A stretch of DNA of 64,000 nt from assembly GCA_963755125.1 (NCBI GenBank), contig CAVWIP010000008.1, positions 384,001-448,000 of the forward strand. Direction: 5' to 3'. Made by a program: the position numbers and the translations under genes. Source of the stretch: an uncultured delta proteobacterium. GTDB lineage: Bacteria > Myxococcota_A > Polyangia > Fen-1088. Below the pieces are notes generated by a model, which saw only the letters and a list, made by a program, of their open reading frames with translations, was not told the origin of the DNA and searched no databases. Numbering within the stretch: the stretch's first letter is position 1; each line of letters starts with the position of its first letter. Shown here piece by piece: positions 20,912 through 30,024 of the stretch.

Positions 20912-22120
20912 GTGCCGCCGGCCAGAAATTTGCGTAGGGATGCAGATTGGGGCTTGATGTGAGGCATGAAAGACATGGCGACTAGGTCGGCTTGGCCCGG
21001 CCCAGCGTCGCCGCGAGTGATCCACCTCAAGCGGCAACTCAAGAAGAAGCTCCGTCGCCTGGTACGAGCCGGAACGACGGAGAATCGCATGGCGACGCGG
21101 GCACGGGTCGTCCTGATGCGGGACGAAGGGGTGCCCATCGAGGTAATCGCGCGGCGAATGCAGATCAACCACGGCACAGCACGCAAGTGGTGCGACCGGT
21201 TCATCGACGGCGGCATCGACGGTCTTCGCGACCGGCCCAGGTCGGGCCGACCGCGCACTCTCTCTCTGGAGAGCAGCGCATCGCCCTGATCGCGCTGGCA
21301 TGTCGGCCCCCATGGGAAGCCGGCAACGTGATCAGCCACTGGTCGGCGGCGGAACTGCGGGACGCTTTCGCGGCATCGGCTGACGGAGCCGACATTGGCA
21401 CGCGCACGGTGGCACGCGTTCTCGATGAGGCGGAGATCCAGCCGCACCGGATCAGGTACTTTCTGACCAGCCGAGACCCCGAGTTCGACCAGAAGCGGCG
21501 GGACATCGTGGGCTTGTACTTGCGGCCGCCCGAAGGCGCGACAGTGTTGTGTCTCGACGAGAAACCCAGCATCCAGGCGCTCGGCCGAAAGAACCCGGAC
21601 CTTCCGCTGTGTCCTGGGCTTCCGTTGTACCGGGAGTTCGAGTACGTGCGCCACGGCGTGGTCCACCTCTTCGCGGCGTTCAACACGCGCAGCGGGCGGG
21701 TGTTGGGGGAAGTCCAAGAGAAGAAGACGCGGTTTGAGTTCATCGAACTCCTGGACCTATGCGCCTGGCACTACAAGCGCGGCGAAGTCCACTGCGTCCT
21801 CGACAACGCCCAGTACCACAAGGCACCGGAGGTCAAGGACTGGCTCGCCGCTCACCCACGGTTCCAGTTCCACTTCACGCCCACGCATGGTTCCTGGCTC
21901 AACCAGGTCGAGCTGTGGTTTCAGCAGCTCTCTGCCAAGGTCTTGCGTCGAGGCGTGTTCAATTCCACGGATGAACTACACTCGGCGATTATGGCGTTCA
22001 TATCCCGCTGGGACGCCCATCCCCATCGGTTCAACTGGGTATACGGCGCCGAGTTCCTTGACGAGGAGATCCTTCAGCATGCGGCATGACATCCCCTCAA
22101 CAACTTATGGCCGGCGGCAC
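20912..22120 (+). mobile_element. IS630-family insertion sequence (1209 bp)
   Basis: Terminal inverted repeats GTGCCGCCGGCCA; TA duplication in a CTAG target (20910-11 and 22121-22). Confidence 0.95.
20966..22089 (+). CDS. IS630 transposase split over two frames at a (CT)n run near 21258-21268
   Basis: HTH ..DRPRSGRPR then DDE motifs LDEK, VLDNA..HK, SWLNQVELWF. Confidence 0.9.
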
Positions 22121-22252
22121 TAGTTGTCAAGCCAGCAAGGCTACATCGGGATCAGCCCTGTCACCCAAGATTCCTATGCAACCCCCAGCGTGTTGCAAAT
22201 GCAACAATAACACTGGTACCGCCCCTGCCCCGACCTCAACCCGGCCGGCAAT

Positions 22253-24631
22253 TCAGGGTGCGAAGCTCAACTGGTAGATGCAGTAGTCGAAAGCGACTGC
22301 AGGGCCGCTCACGTTGTCTTGTGAAACGAGGAAGGTCATCACCGCCAGAGTTCGCGGATCGACTGTCTGCTCGTTTGCCCCGCCCCAATAGGGATTGGGA
22401 AGGAAGCTGCTCCACGGTGCCCGGACGTGCTGCCATCCTCCGGACAGCGCGGTCAGCACGCTGCCGTCTTCGGCAAAGAGCGGTCCTGCGCCTTGAGACT
22501 GGGTGGCGGTACTGCCAGAGATACCAGCGCCGGCGCCGGCGCAGGCCGTGGGCCCGTTGCTGTTCACATTGCAGACGCCACCCTCGGGAATCTGGTTCTT
22601 GTCGATCAACCCTGCGACGAAGCTGGCGCTAACCGAGGCGGCCGTGCTGGGCGAAACCCACATCCAGAACTCGATACCGCTGTAGGCGCTGGCATCGATC
22701 AATGCCCCGGACGGATCGGTGGTACCACCGTCGGCCAACATCAGGTCGGCCGTGGCCCAGGCATATTGCCGTGCACCCGTCTGGCCCGCGATGCACATTG
22801 CTTGTGGACCAGGCGTCTCGCCGGCATCTCCGCTAGCGCCGGCATCTTCGGTGGCGCCGGCATCTACGGCAGCGATGGCCCCCGGGAATCCAGCGGGCAA
22901 AGGGCTATAGATGTTCTGGCAGAGACTTCCACAGCTCGATACTGTCGCGGCCCCTCCCAGCGGAATGGTGAGCGACCCTGGTGAGGCAGAATCATCTCCG
23001 CCGGTGCCTGCCCACCAAAAACCTTTAGTCGCACACGCAGGCGGCGTCAAGCTGATGCTCGATCCGCTCATGTCGTCGATGAGTGTTCCTGTCGCCGGAC
23101 CGCTACAGAGATTGGCAGCTGCGTCGGTTCCACCTGATGTGGGGCAGCCCGTACCAACGGCTCTTCCCGCGCCAGCATTGCCCGCCGCAGCGCCGGCATC
23201 AACTGCTGTTGGGCTGGTGGTTCCGGCCGCGAGCGTTTGAGGCCCACTTGAGATTTCTCGTTGAGCCTCGCCGTACGTCCAGGCCGTTGTAACGCCGTTA
23301 TCGGGGATCTCGACTGCCGCCATCGAGACCGGTGGCAGCACGAACGTCGTGCTTGCTGGCGTTGTGGCGAGCCCGGTCACCTGAAACGACAGCCCCGCCG
23401 GTGATCTGTTCCAGTTGATTACAATGACCTCGGTCGCGTCGTCGGCTTGATTTCGACTCGCGTGAGCGCTCACACCAGCTGGCATCGACGTCACATTCAA
23501 AAGCGTTGGCCCGAAGTGATCGGCGTACAGAGAATAGGCATAATAGGGAGGCCGCGGCGTGTGAGTGGGCGGCATTCCAATAAGACCCAAAGCCCAGTCG
23601 TCCGTGTCGGCAATGTCCCAGACAGCCGTTGTCCAGAGCCCAAGTTCCATGGCCGTGCCCACACTATCGGCCAACCAAAGCGCGGAGCCGACCGTGCCCG
23701 GCGACGCTTCGAGCACGCAGGTGGTCGCATCGTAAACGATGTTCATCTCCATGAGCGCCAGCGGCTTGCTGCCTTGCCCCGTAGCATGCAGGATGCCGAA
23801 GACCGAGTTAATGACACTTCTAAACAGCGCCGGATCTGCGGCGGCTGCCGAGAGCGTCGCGGCTGCGGCCTCAAATGGGTAGCGGTGAATCGAGATGACA
23901 TCGAACAGGTCACCGCAATCGGTGAGGACCGGCGTCAGCCAGTCATTTTGACTATTGCCAGCCTGGTACTTCCAGCTTAGATCTGGACCGATGATCTGGA
24001 TGGTCGGGTCAACTGCCTTCATTGCCATGACGAAGGCGCGGACTGACGTGCAGTAGTCGGACGGTGTGTAGCCGGGGATTGCGGGCTGGGACATATTCGT
24101 CGGCCACCCCTGCGTGTCGTACAGGTCCGGCTCGTTACCAACCGAAAAGTACTTGATGCCGTAGCCGTTGGTGACGTTCGCGTACGTGACCATGGCAGCG
24201 GCCGTGTCAGGGGTTGGCGTCTGTCCCGCGTTGTCCGCTAGAAGCGGTACCTGAATCACCGGTTCGGCGCCAATGGCGCGCGCGTAAGCCACGGCCTTGT
24301 CCAACTGAGCGTTGTCGAACGGTTCCGGCGTGTTGGCGTCGTTGTTGTAGCCGCCCACGCGCATGAAGGCAGGCTTGAGCGCCGCGACCAGCGAGTCCGT
24401 GCCCGTGATCCCATCGCCCAACGTTGCCACCCATTGCCAATAATTGACTGACACACTGGTGGTGCGCGGCGTGCGCGTGGCGGTCGAAATCACGAGCGGA
24501 CTGACGCTCACGCTGCCCGAGTCCGGACCACCGCCGCCGCCCCCCGGCGATTTCGCGCAACTGGCACCGGCAAGCGAGCAAGCCCCGAGTGTGTAGGCAA
24601 CAGCGATCCATCTGCGACTGTTTGCAAACAT
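22253..24631 (-). CDS. Secreted clan GH-A-like glycoside hydrolase (GH44/GH79-like) with a C-terminal CBM-like domain
   Basis: MRVGG..ND, VGNEPDLY acid/base motif, ALMEMN nucleophile, DASAYSGIEFW. Confidence 0.75.
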   Translation of the reverse strand: MFANSRRWIAVAYTLGACSLAGASCAKSPGGGGGGPDSGSVSVSPLVISTATRTPRTTSVSVNYWQWVATLGDGITGTDSLVAALKPAFMRVGGYNNDANTPEPFDNAQLDKAVAYARAIGAEPVIQVPLLADNAGQTPTPDTAAAMVTYANVTNGYGIKYFSVGNEPDLYDTQGWPTNMSQPAIPGYTPSDYCTSVRAFVMAMKAVDPTIQIIGPDLSWKYQAGNSQNDWLTPVLTDCGDLFDVISIHRYPFEAAAATLSAAAADPALFRSVINSVFGILHATGQGSKPLALMEMNIVYDATTCVLEASPGTVGSALWLADSVGTAMELGLWTTAVWDIADTDDWALGLIGMPPTHTPRPPYYAYSLYADHFGPTLLNVTSMPAGVSAHASRNQADDATEVIVINWNRSPAGLSFQVTGLATTPASTTFVLPPVSMAAVEIPDNGVTTAWTYGEAQREISSGPQTLAAGTTSPTAVDAGAAAGNAGAGRAVGTGCPTSGGTDAAANLCSGPATGTLIDDMSGSSISLTPPACATKGFWWAGTGGDDSASPGSLTIPLGGAATVSSCGSLCQNIYSPLPAGFPGAIAAVDAGATEDAGASGDAGETPGPQAMCIAGQTGARQYAWATADLMLADGGTTDPSGALIDASAYSGIEFWMWVSPSTAASVSASFVAGLIDKNQIPEGGVCNVNSNGPTACAGAGAGISGSTATQSQGAGPLFAEDGSVLTALSGGWQHVRAPWSSFLPNPYWGGANEQTVDPRTLAVMTFLVSQDNVSGPAVAFDYCIYQLSFAP

Positions 24632-24938
24632 CCCTGACCTCCGCCTTCACAGCATAGTGCGGGGTCTCTAGACCAAGATCAAGCAAAACAGGTCGAGATG
24701 GTGCCTAATCCCTTCAAACGGGCTTCTTCTGCGTCGGAGAACCCTGCCTTTCCGGGCGGCGACGGCCACCGACCTGTCCGAACGGGTCCGCAAGCCAGAT
24801 CTGGCCGCCAGCAGAGCATCGTGAAGGGTACGTCCCGAGCATACCGGACGCACTCTACCCCATCTCCGCCCCGCCCGCGTCAATCGTCGTGCCTCACGCA
24901 GCGCCAGTCCTGGCGGACTTGCTCTCCGCTCGATCCAG

Positions 24939-25082
24939 TAAGCTATGGGAAGCGGGTCCCCTTTGACCTGCACACCCACGGTGGCGTGCGTACCGGGGTA
25001 TCTCGGCACCTGAAAAATTTTTGGGCAAAAAATTCAAGCCAGGTTTTGCCCAGCTTGAACCCGGAGGCAGGCTCGCCTCCAT
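24939..25082 (+). repeat. Copy 3 of conserved ~150-bp element
   Basis: Colinear with 19941-20088. Confidence 0.85.
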
Positions 25083-25089
25083 CATTAGA

Positions 25090-25878
25090 TCAGGTACTCG
25101 CGCACCGCCTCTGGAATGAACACCCACCACACATGCTCGTCCGCACGGGATAGAACACCCCGGCATCGATGGCTCGTAACACCCCCACCACGGTTTCCAG
25201 AAACTCCCGTTCGTCCCTGTCTGTTCTGTCTGTATTCTCCACGATCATCTTTGGCTTCTTGGTCTTGGTCAGCACTCGCAGCCGCAACCCGACCTCGCCC
25301 AGACCCAGTTTCCTTGCGACCAACTTGTAGGCGCTGAGCTGGCCGTCGTTCTTGATCTGATCCTTGCTCCACTTCTTGGCTGCGGTCTTGTGCTCCTCTA
25401 CCACGTGCTTCTCCTCTTCCCGCACCACTAGGTCCAGAGCACCGACGAGGGCTTCTTCGAGGATCTCCCCTGTCGTCGGGTCGGGAAGCTCGATGGTGAA
25501 TGGCACCTCGACGCCCACGACGTGGGGCGGGTCCTGGTAGACGGTCTCGTAGAAGACCTTCAGCAGCGCCTCGCCCTGTGCCTCGATGCCCTCGCCATCC
25601 TTGATGGGCAACTTGTTCTTGCGAAAGCCCACCAGGGTCCCGTAAAACGCGGCCTTGCAGACGTCCTGCTCGGGGCTGTCTCCGGTTGCCATGACCGAGC
25701 GGTAGTACGCCGCCAGACCCTCATGGACGGCACTGCCCAGCACCAGGCTCGCAGGGATGAATTCGGGCTCTGCGCCCAAGACGTACCTGAACCGGTACTG
25801 CCTTGGGCAGCGCAGGTAGCACTTGATCTGCGAGACCGAGACGTGCAAGCCCTCGCGCATTTCCGTGAGCGAGCTCAT
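25090..25878 (-). CDS. PD-(D/E)XK RecB/Cas4-like exonuclease
   Basis: SVSQIKCYLRCPRQY, GSAVHE, GALDLV..EHKT, QLSAY, C..C.F...C. Confidence 0.9.
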   Translation of the reverse strand: MSSLTEMREGLHVSVSQIKCYLRCPRQYRFRYVLGAEPEFIPASLVLGSAVHEGLAAYYRSVMATGDSPEQDVCKAAFYGTLVGFRKNKLPIKDGEGIEAQGEALLKVFYETVYQDPPHVVGVEVPFTIELPDPTTGEILEEALVGALDLVVREEEKHVVEEHKTAAKKWSKDQIKNDGQLSAYKLVARKLGLGEVGLRLRVLTKTKKPKMIVENTDRTDRDEREFLETVVGVLRAIDAGVFYPVRTSMCGGCSFQRRCAST

Positions 25879-25880
25879 GG

Positions 25881-26567
25881 CTACCCCGCCGATGCGTGAT
25901 GGCTGCCGTTGCCGTTGCTGGGCTTGTTGCCGTCCAGGTCGCTGATGACCTCGCTGGCCTGGCGCTTGGTCAGGTACTCGACCTCGACGCCGTAGGTCTG
26001 CTTGATCTGACGCCGAAGGTTGGTCGGGTCCAGGTTCTGTTTTCGGGCGATGGTCTTGATGGCGTTGAGCTGCGCGTTGGTCAAGCGCTCCCGTGGCGGC
26101 AGCGGACTCGGGGGCTGCGAGTGAGGACCATCCTGGTGGTGATTCCGGTTGGCGGGAGGTGGGCTGGAGATGATGCCGGCATCGTCGTCTTGCTCCGTGG
26201 CGTATAGCTCGCCACCAATTCCCAGCAGCCGGCATGCACGCTTCAGGCCATCAGCCTCGGCCTTCTTCATGTCATCGGCCAGCGAGATGATGCTGCTGTC
26301 ATCCTTGCGCCTGGTGATGGCGGTGCCACCGAGACCAGTCTTGATCAAGCCAGCAGCAGTCAGCTTGACCTCGACAATGATTTGCTCCTCGATGACTTCG
26401 CGGCTGGTGAGCTCGAATGACCAGTCATGATCGAATGCCTCGTTGAGCCTGTCGACGTAGTTCTGGACCTCGACATAGTCGAACTGCTTCCCCTCGGGAC
26501 CGCGACGGTGCTTGATGAGCTCTTGCCCGAATGGGCGCTTCAGAATCTGGACGATTTCCTTGTTCAT
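25881..26567 (-). CDS. Rad52/22-family (Sak) single-strand annealing protein
   Basis: FDYVE..VDRLNEAF..WSF, KKAEADGLKRACRLLGIG.ELY. Confidence 0.92.
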   Translation of the reverse strand: MNKEIVQILKRPFGQELIKHRRGPEGKQFDYVEVQNYVDRLNEAFDHDWSFELTSREVIEEQIIVEVKLTAAGLIKTGLGGTAITRRKDDSSIISLADDMKKAEADGLKRACRLLGIGGELYATEQDDDAGIISSPPPANRNHHQDGPHSQPPSPLPPRERLTNAQLNAIKTIARKQNLDPTNLRRQIKQTYGVEVEYLTKRQASEVISDLDGNKPSNGNGSHHASAG

Positions 26568-26595
26568 GTTCCGCTCCTTGGTTAGGTGTTCTTGA

Positions 26596-26637
26596 AAACG
26601 ACAAAGCCCCTCCCGGCGGAGAAACCGGAAGGGGCTC
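26596..26637 (-). terminator. Intrinsic terminator-like hairpin
   Basis: AGCCCCTTCCGG..CCGGGAGGGGCT followed by TTGTCGTTTT on the minus strand. Confidence 0.7.
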
Positions 26638-26657
26638 GCCTACTTGATTACCGACGG

Positions 26658-26753
26658 CTAGCGTGTGAAGGCGCGGAGAAGAATCTTGCCCGCGACGAAG
26701 ATGACCTCTCCGATCACAGCCACCCACCGAATCACTCTTTTCTTGTCTGCCAT
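26658..26753 (-). CDS. 31-aa cationic/hydrophobic peptide MADKKRVIRWVAVIGEVIFVAGKILLRAFTR
   Basis: Strong AAAGGAGGGAGG RBS; followed by a terminator-like hairpin; below the ORF-track cutoff. Confidence 0.65.
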   Translation of the reverse strand: MADKKRVIRWVAVIGEVIFVAGKILLRAFTR

Positions 26754-26773
26754 GTTCCGCCTCCCTCCTTTCT

Positions 26774-28069
26774 TCACGTTCGCTCGGCGAAGAGCGCATC
26801 TGCCACACCGTCCTCGACGCAGTTGGCCACGATGCCATCGGTCCTGCAGGCGTCACGGATGGCGATGATGGCGTCGTAGGTGGCGTCGGGGACTTTGACC
26901 TGCTGAGCTGCCCACTGCGCCTGCTGAAGCGCGGTCAGGTCGAGCTGGGTCTGGATGGCAGGCTCGGCACCGGTGACGACTGTCCGGAAAGAAATCTCGC
27001 GGACCATGTAGCCGAGATGAAACCGGATCAAAAACCTGTCGAACAGGGCTTCCAGCTCCTGGCCTTCCGGCAATTCATTCGATGCCGCGAACAACGTCAC
27101 CAGTGGACATGGCACCGGCTGGCCACCGTTGTGGAACACGCGCTCGTTGGCGATGGTCAGCAGCGTGTTCAAGATTGCCGAGCTGGCCTTGAAGATTTCG
27201 TCAACAAAGGCCACCTCGGATTCGGGCAGCTTGCCGGTGGTCAGATTCTCGGCAAGACCTTCCACCTGAGCCTGCAGCACGGTCTGGTACAGGCTGGCCC
27301 TGCGGCGCAGGTCATCGAAATGCTCCAGCCTGCGCATCAGGGTCGAGGCCCGGTCGGGTGGTGTCTGGAGAAACTGCTGCATCTCGGTCTGCAGCGCGGT
27401 CAGTTCCTCTTCGATACTGGCCTTTGCCGCCTGAGCCAGAGCGGCCTGGCCTTCTTTGGTCGCGGTGATGGGGACCAGATACATCTTGGACTCACCCAGC
27501 TTTTCGATCACACCCTGCAACTGTCGGAGAGCAGCGGCATACGGGGCAGGCACCCAGTACACACCACCCATGTGCCGCAGGGTCACGGCTGCAAACGAGT
27601 CCAGCGTTCTTGTTATGGTCCGGCGGATGTCGTCGGTGGTGTGCAGGGTCTTCAGTTCGCCAAACCTTGCAAACAGTTTCTGCACCAGGCTGTTGCCAGG
27701 TTGATCGGATTGAAGAGTGTCACTCTGCCGGTCGAGGGTGATGCGGGCTTCCTGGTGATACAGCAGTCCGCCGGTGCCATCGCGCTCCTCGCCCACGATG
27801 CCGATGACGATTTCCTGCTCGTTCTCCATGGCGACGCGGAACAGTCGGTCGGGATGACCAACCTGTGTTTCTCTTGCCGCCGTCTTGAATGCCTTTTCAG
27901 CCGTCGGCTCTTCTGGCAGCAGCTCAGTGGGCAAGCCGCCCTGGACCCACAGTTTCACCAGGTCGGGACGGTTGACAGATGCGGCGGCGAGTTCCCACCA
28001 CAGCAGGTCCCCAAGGGGTTGGCCGCCATGGTTCGTGTTGCGTCTGATTAGATCTAATTCGGTCTGCAT
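26774..28069 (-). pseudogene. DUF6744-like protein fused in frame to the C-terminal half of a MoxR/RavA AAA+ ATPase
   Basis: LGDLLWW..GGVYWVP then GKLP..FVDEIFKASSAILNTLL..ASNELP..LFDRF; no Walker A. Confidence 0.8.
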
Positions 28070-28079
28070 GGTTGTCCTT

Positions 28080-28278
28080 TCGGTTGGTTTGATTGCGTCC
28101 GCCGGACACACGTTCTGGCATTGGTGCCGGCGGCTGATACAGGTCACGGCCGACCCAATTGATTGCTCACCTGAAGGTGAGTTGCTTGGTCCCGGACAAG
28201 CCACCATTGCAATGGCGTCTACGGGACTTCAAATGCGGCGGAAGCTATATATAGGACTGGCGCAGTTGGGATTATTCT
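28080..28278 (-). pseudogene. Possible decayed dicluster ferredoxin
   Basis: *SPVDAI ... CISRRHQCQNVCPADAI, with several Cys lost and an in-frame stop. Confidence 0.45.
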
Positions 28279-28382
28279 GTTGTTCTCAAGCGCTCATCCC
28301 AACAGTCTTTGCACACATGCTGGCCTTGATGCAGGCGCAGTTCGAGTGCGGGTTTCCTTTTGTGGCACAGGCGACACACGTA

Positions 28383-28574
28383 TCAATCCTTCTCACATTG
28401 ATCTCTGCCACCGACCAGCTCCACCAGGACTGTGCCACATTTTGTGCATTCGACCGTTACGCTCTCTGGTTGCTTGTTTTCGCTTGATGCATAGACGGCA
28501 ATTTCTATGTACTCAAAATGGCCGTGTTTGAGAAGTGCTTCCTGTTCTTTCCGTGTGAGCGTTGCTATTGCCAC
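28383..28574 (-). CDS. Small Zn-ribbon hypothetical protein
   Basis: VTVECTKCGTVLVEL; AGGAG RBS. Confidence 0.55.
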   Translation of the reverse strand: MAIATLTRKEQEALLKHGHFEYIEIAVYASSENKQPESVTVECTKCGTVLVELVGGRDQCEKD

Positions 28575-28938
28575 TTGGTATTCTCCTGCGAAGTAACCCC
28601 TGTTCCACCAACTGTCAGCGGAACGGGGTTACGGTGGTTGTTAACCGTCCTTCAGATCGTTGATCTCGGACCGAGCCATCACCAGCTTGCTGTCAGCCCT
28701 ACGGAGAACGTCGAATTCGGCCTCTGGTTTCCTTCTGGCTCGGCTTGACGGTGAATGCGCCTTCGGCCAGGGCGCGGTTGCAGCGGCGGCACACGACGCT
28801 CGTGGACTATGCCCTTCGACGTAGGTTTGCGTTCTTCAAGCTGGAGCCACGCTACGGCCATCGAACCTTCAACAACTGGATGAGCCAGCGACGGCTCTGC
28901 GTCGCTTCATTCGAGACAACGAGGAGGTTCTCAACCCG

Positions 28939-30006
28939 CTGACACACTACGACCGTGTGGATGAGAAGGGGCCGTACACGGGAAGCCGCAAGGTGCACAA
29001 CCCCAAGCCCGGCGGATACCAGTATGACGTCACGCACGAGCGGACCGGCAAGACGTGTGTCCGCCCGGCCAACGGCTACCGCTACCCGGAGCATAGGATG
29101 AAGGAACTCATCGCCGAAAAGCGCATTCTGTTCGGCGACGACGACACTCAGATCGTCCAGATCAAGGAGTACCTTGAGGAGTACGAAGGGAAACTGGCGA
29201 GCGTAGTGGTTCTCGATAGCCGCGCAGGGGCGAACGAGCTGGAGGGGCTGTTCGGAGAGCGCAAGGTCTTCACGAACCCCAAGCCGGTATCGTTGCTCAG
29301 TGACATTTTCGGCTACTGCCTTGAGCCAGGTGACGTCGCGCTTGACTTCTTTGCCGGGTCTGGGACGACCGCCCAGGCGGTGGTGGAGCTGAACGTGTTC
29401 GATGGTGGGGCGAGAAGATTCATACTTGTGCAGCTGCCAGAAGCGGTCGCCGGAAAGCAGGACTTCTCGACCATTGCCCAGATCACCCGAGAGCGGGTGC
29501 GTCGTGTCGCCATCAGGACCAAGAAGGCACAGCAGGAGGAGGATTCGCAACGAGGCTTGTTCTCGGATGGTGCCGCGAAGGTGATGATTGACGCAGGCTT
29601 CCGCGCCTACAAACTCGCGGCCAGCAACTTCAAACTGTGGTCGGTTGAACCCAACGAACTGGGACGTCTCGCGGAGCAGGTTGAGGCGTTCACCGAGCCA
29701 CTAGTGCCGGGCGCATCCAAGGAGGCTGTCTTGCACGAGCTGATCCTGAAGGGGGGCCTCCCGCTCACCGCCGAGATCAAGCCCCTGACTCTCGCGGGCA
29801 CCACCGTCCACGGCGTCGAGGACGGCCGCCTCCTCATCTGCCTTGCCGACCCGGTGCCGGAGAAAGCGCTGCGGGCGATGCTCAAACTGCCCAAGCTGCC
29901 CCAGATCGTCATCTGTCTCGACCACGCTTTCGGGAACAACGACCAGTTGCTGACCAACATCGCCCTCGAGATGAAGGACCGTGGTGTCGACTTCCGCACC
30001 GTCTGA
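28939..30006 (+). pseudogene. mod: Type III RM methyltransferase, 5'-truncated
   Basis: FTNPKP, LDFFAGSGTTAQAV, RRFILVQLPE present; N-terminal DPPY motif absent. Confidence 0.88.
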
Positions 30007-30024
30007 CCTGCTGGGAGCCATGCA

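Noticed and set aside
20870..22130. Sigma70 promoter (TTGACA/TATAAG, minus strand) split by IS630
   Set aside because: Spacing after removing the IS is about 37 bp, not about 17.
6400..25000. Integron cassette array
   Set aside because: No intI, no convincing attC RYYYAAC/GTTRRRY pairs, and mixed gene orientation.
25090..25878. Cas4-like nuclease as a CRISPR component
   Set aside because: No array or other cas genes; its position beside Rad52/Sak fits a recombination exonuclease.
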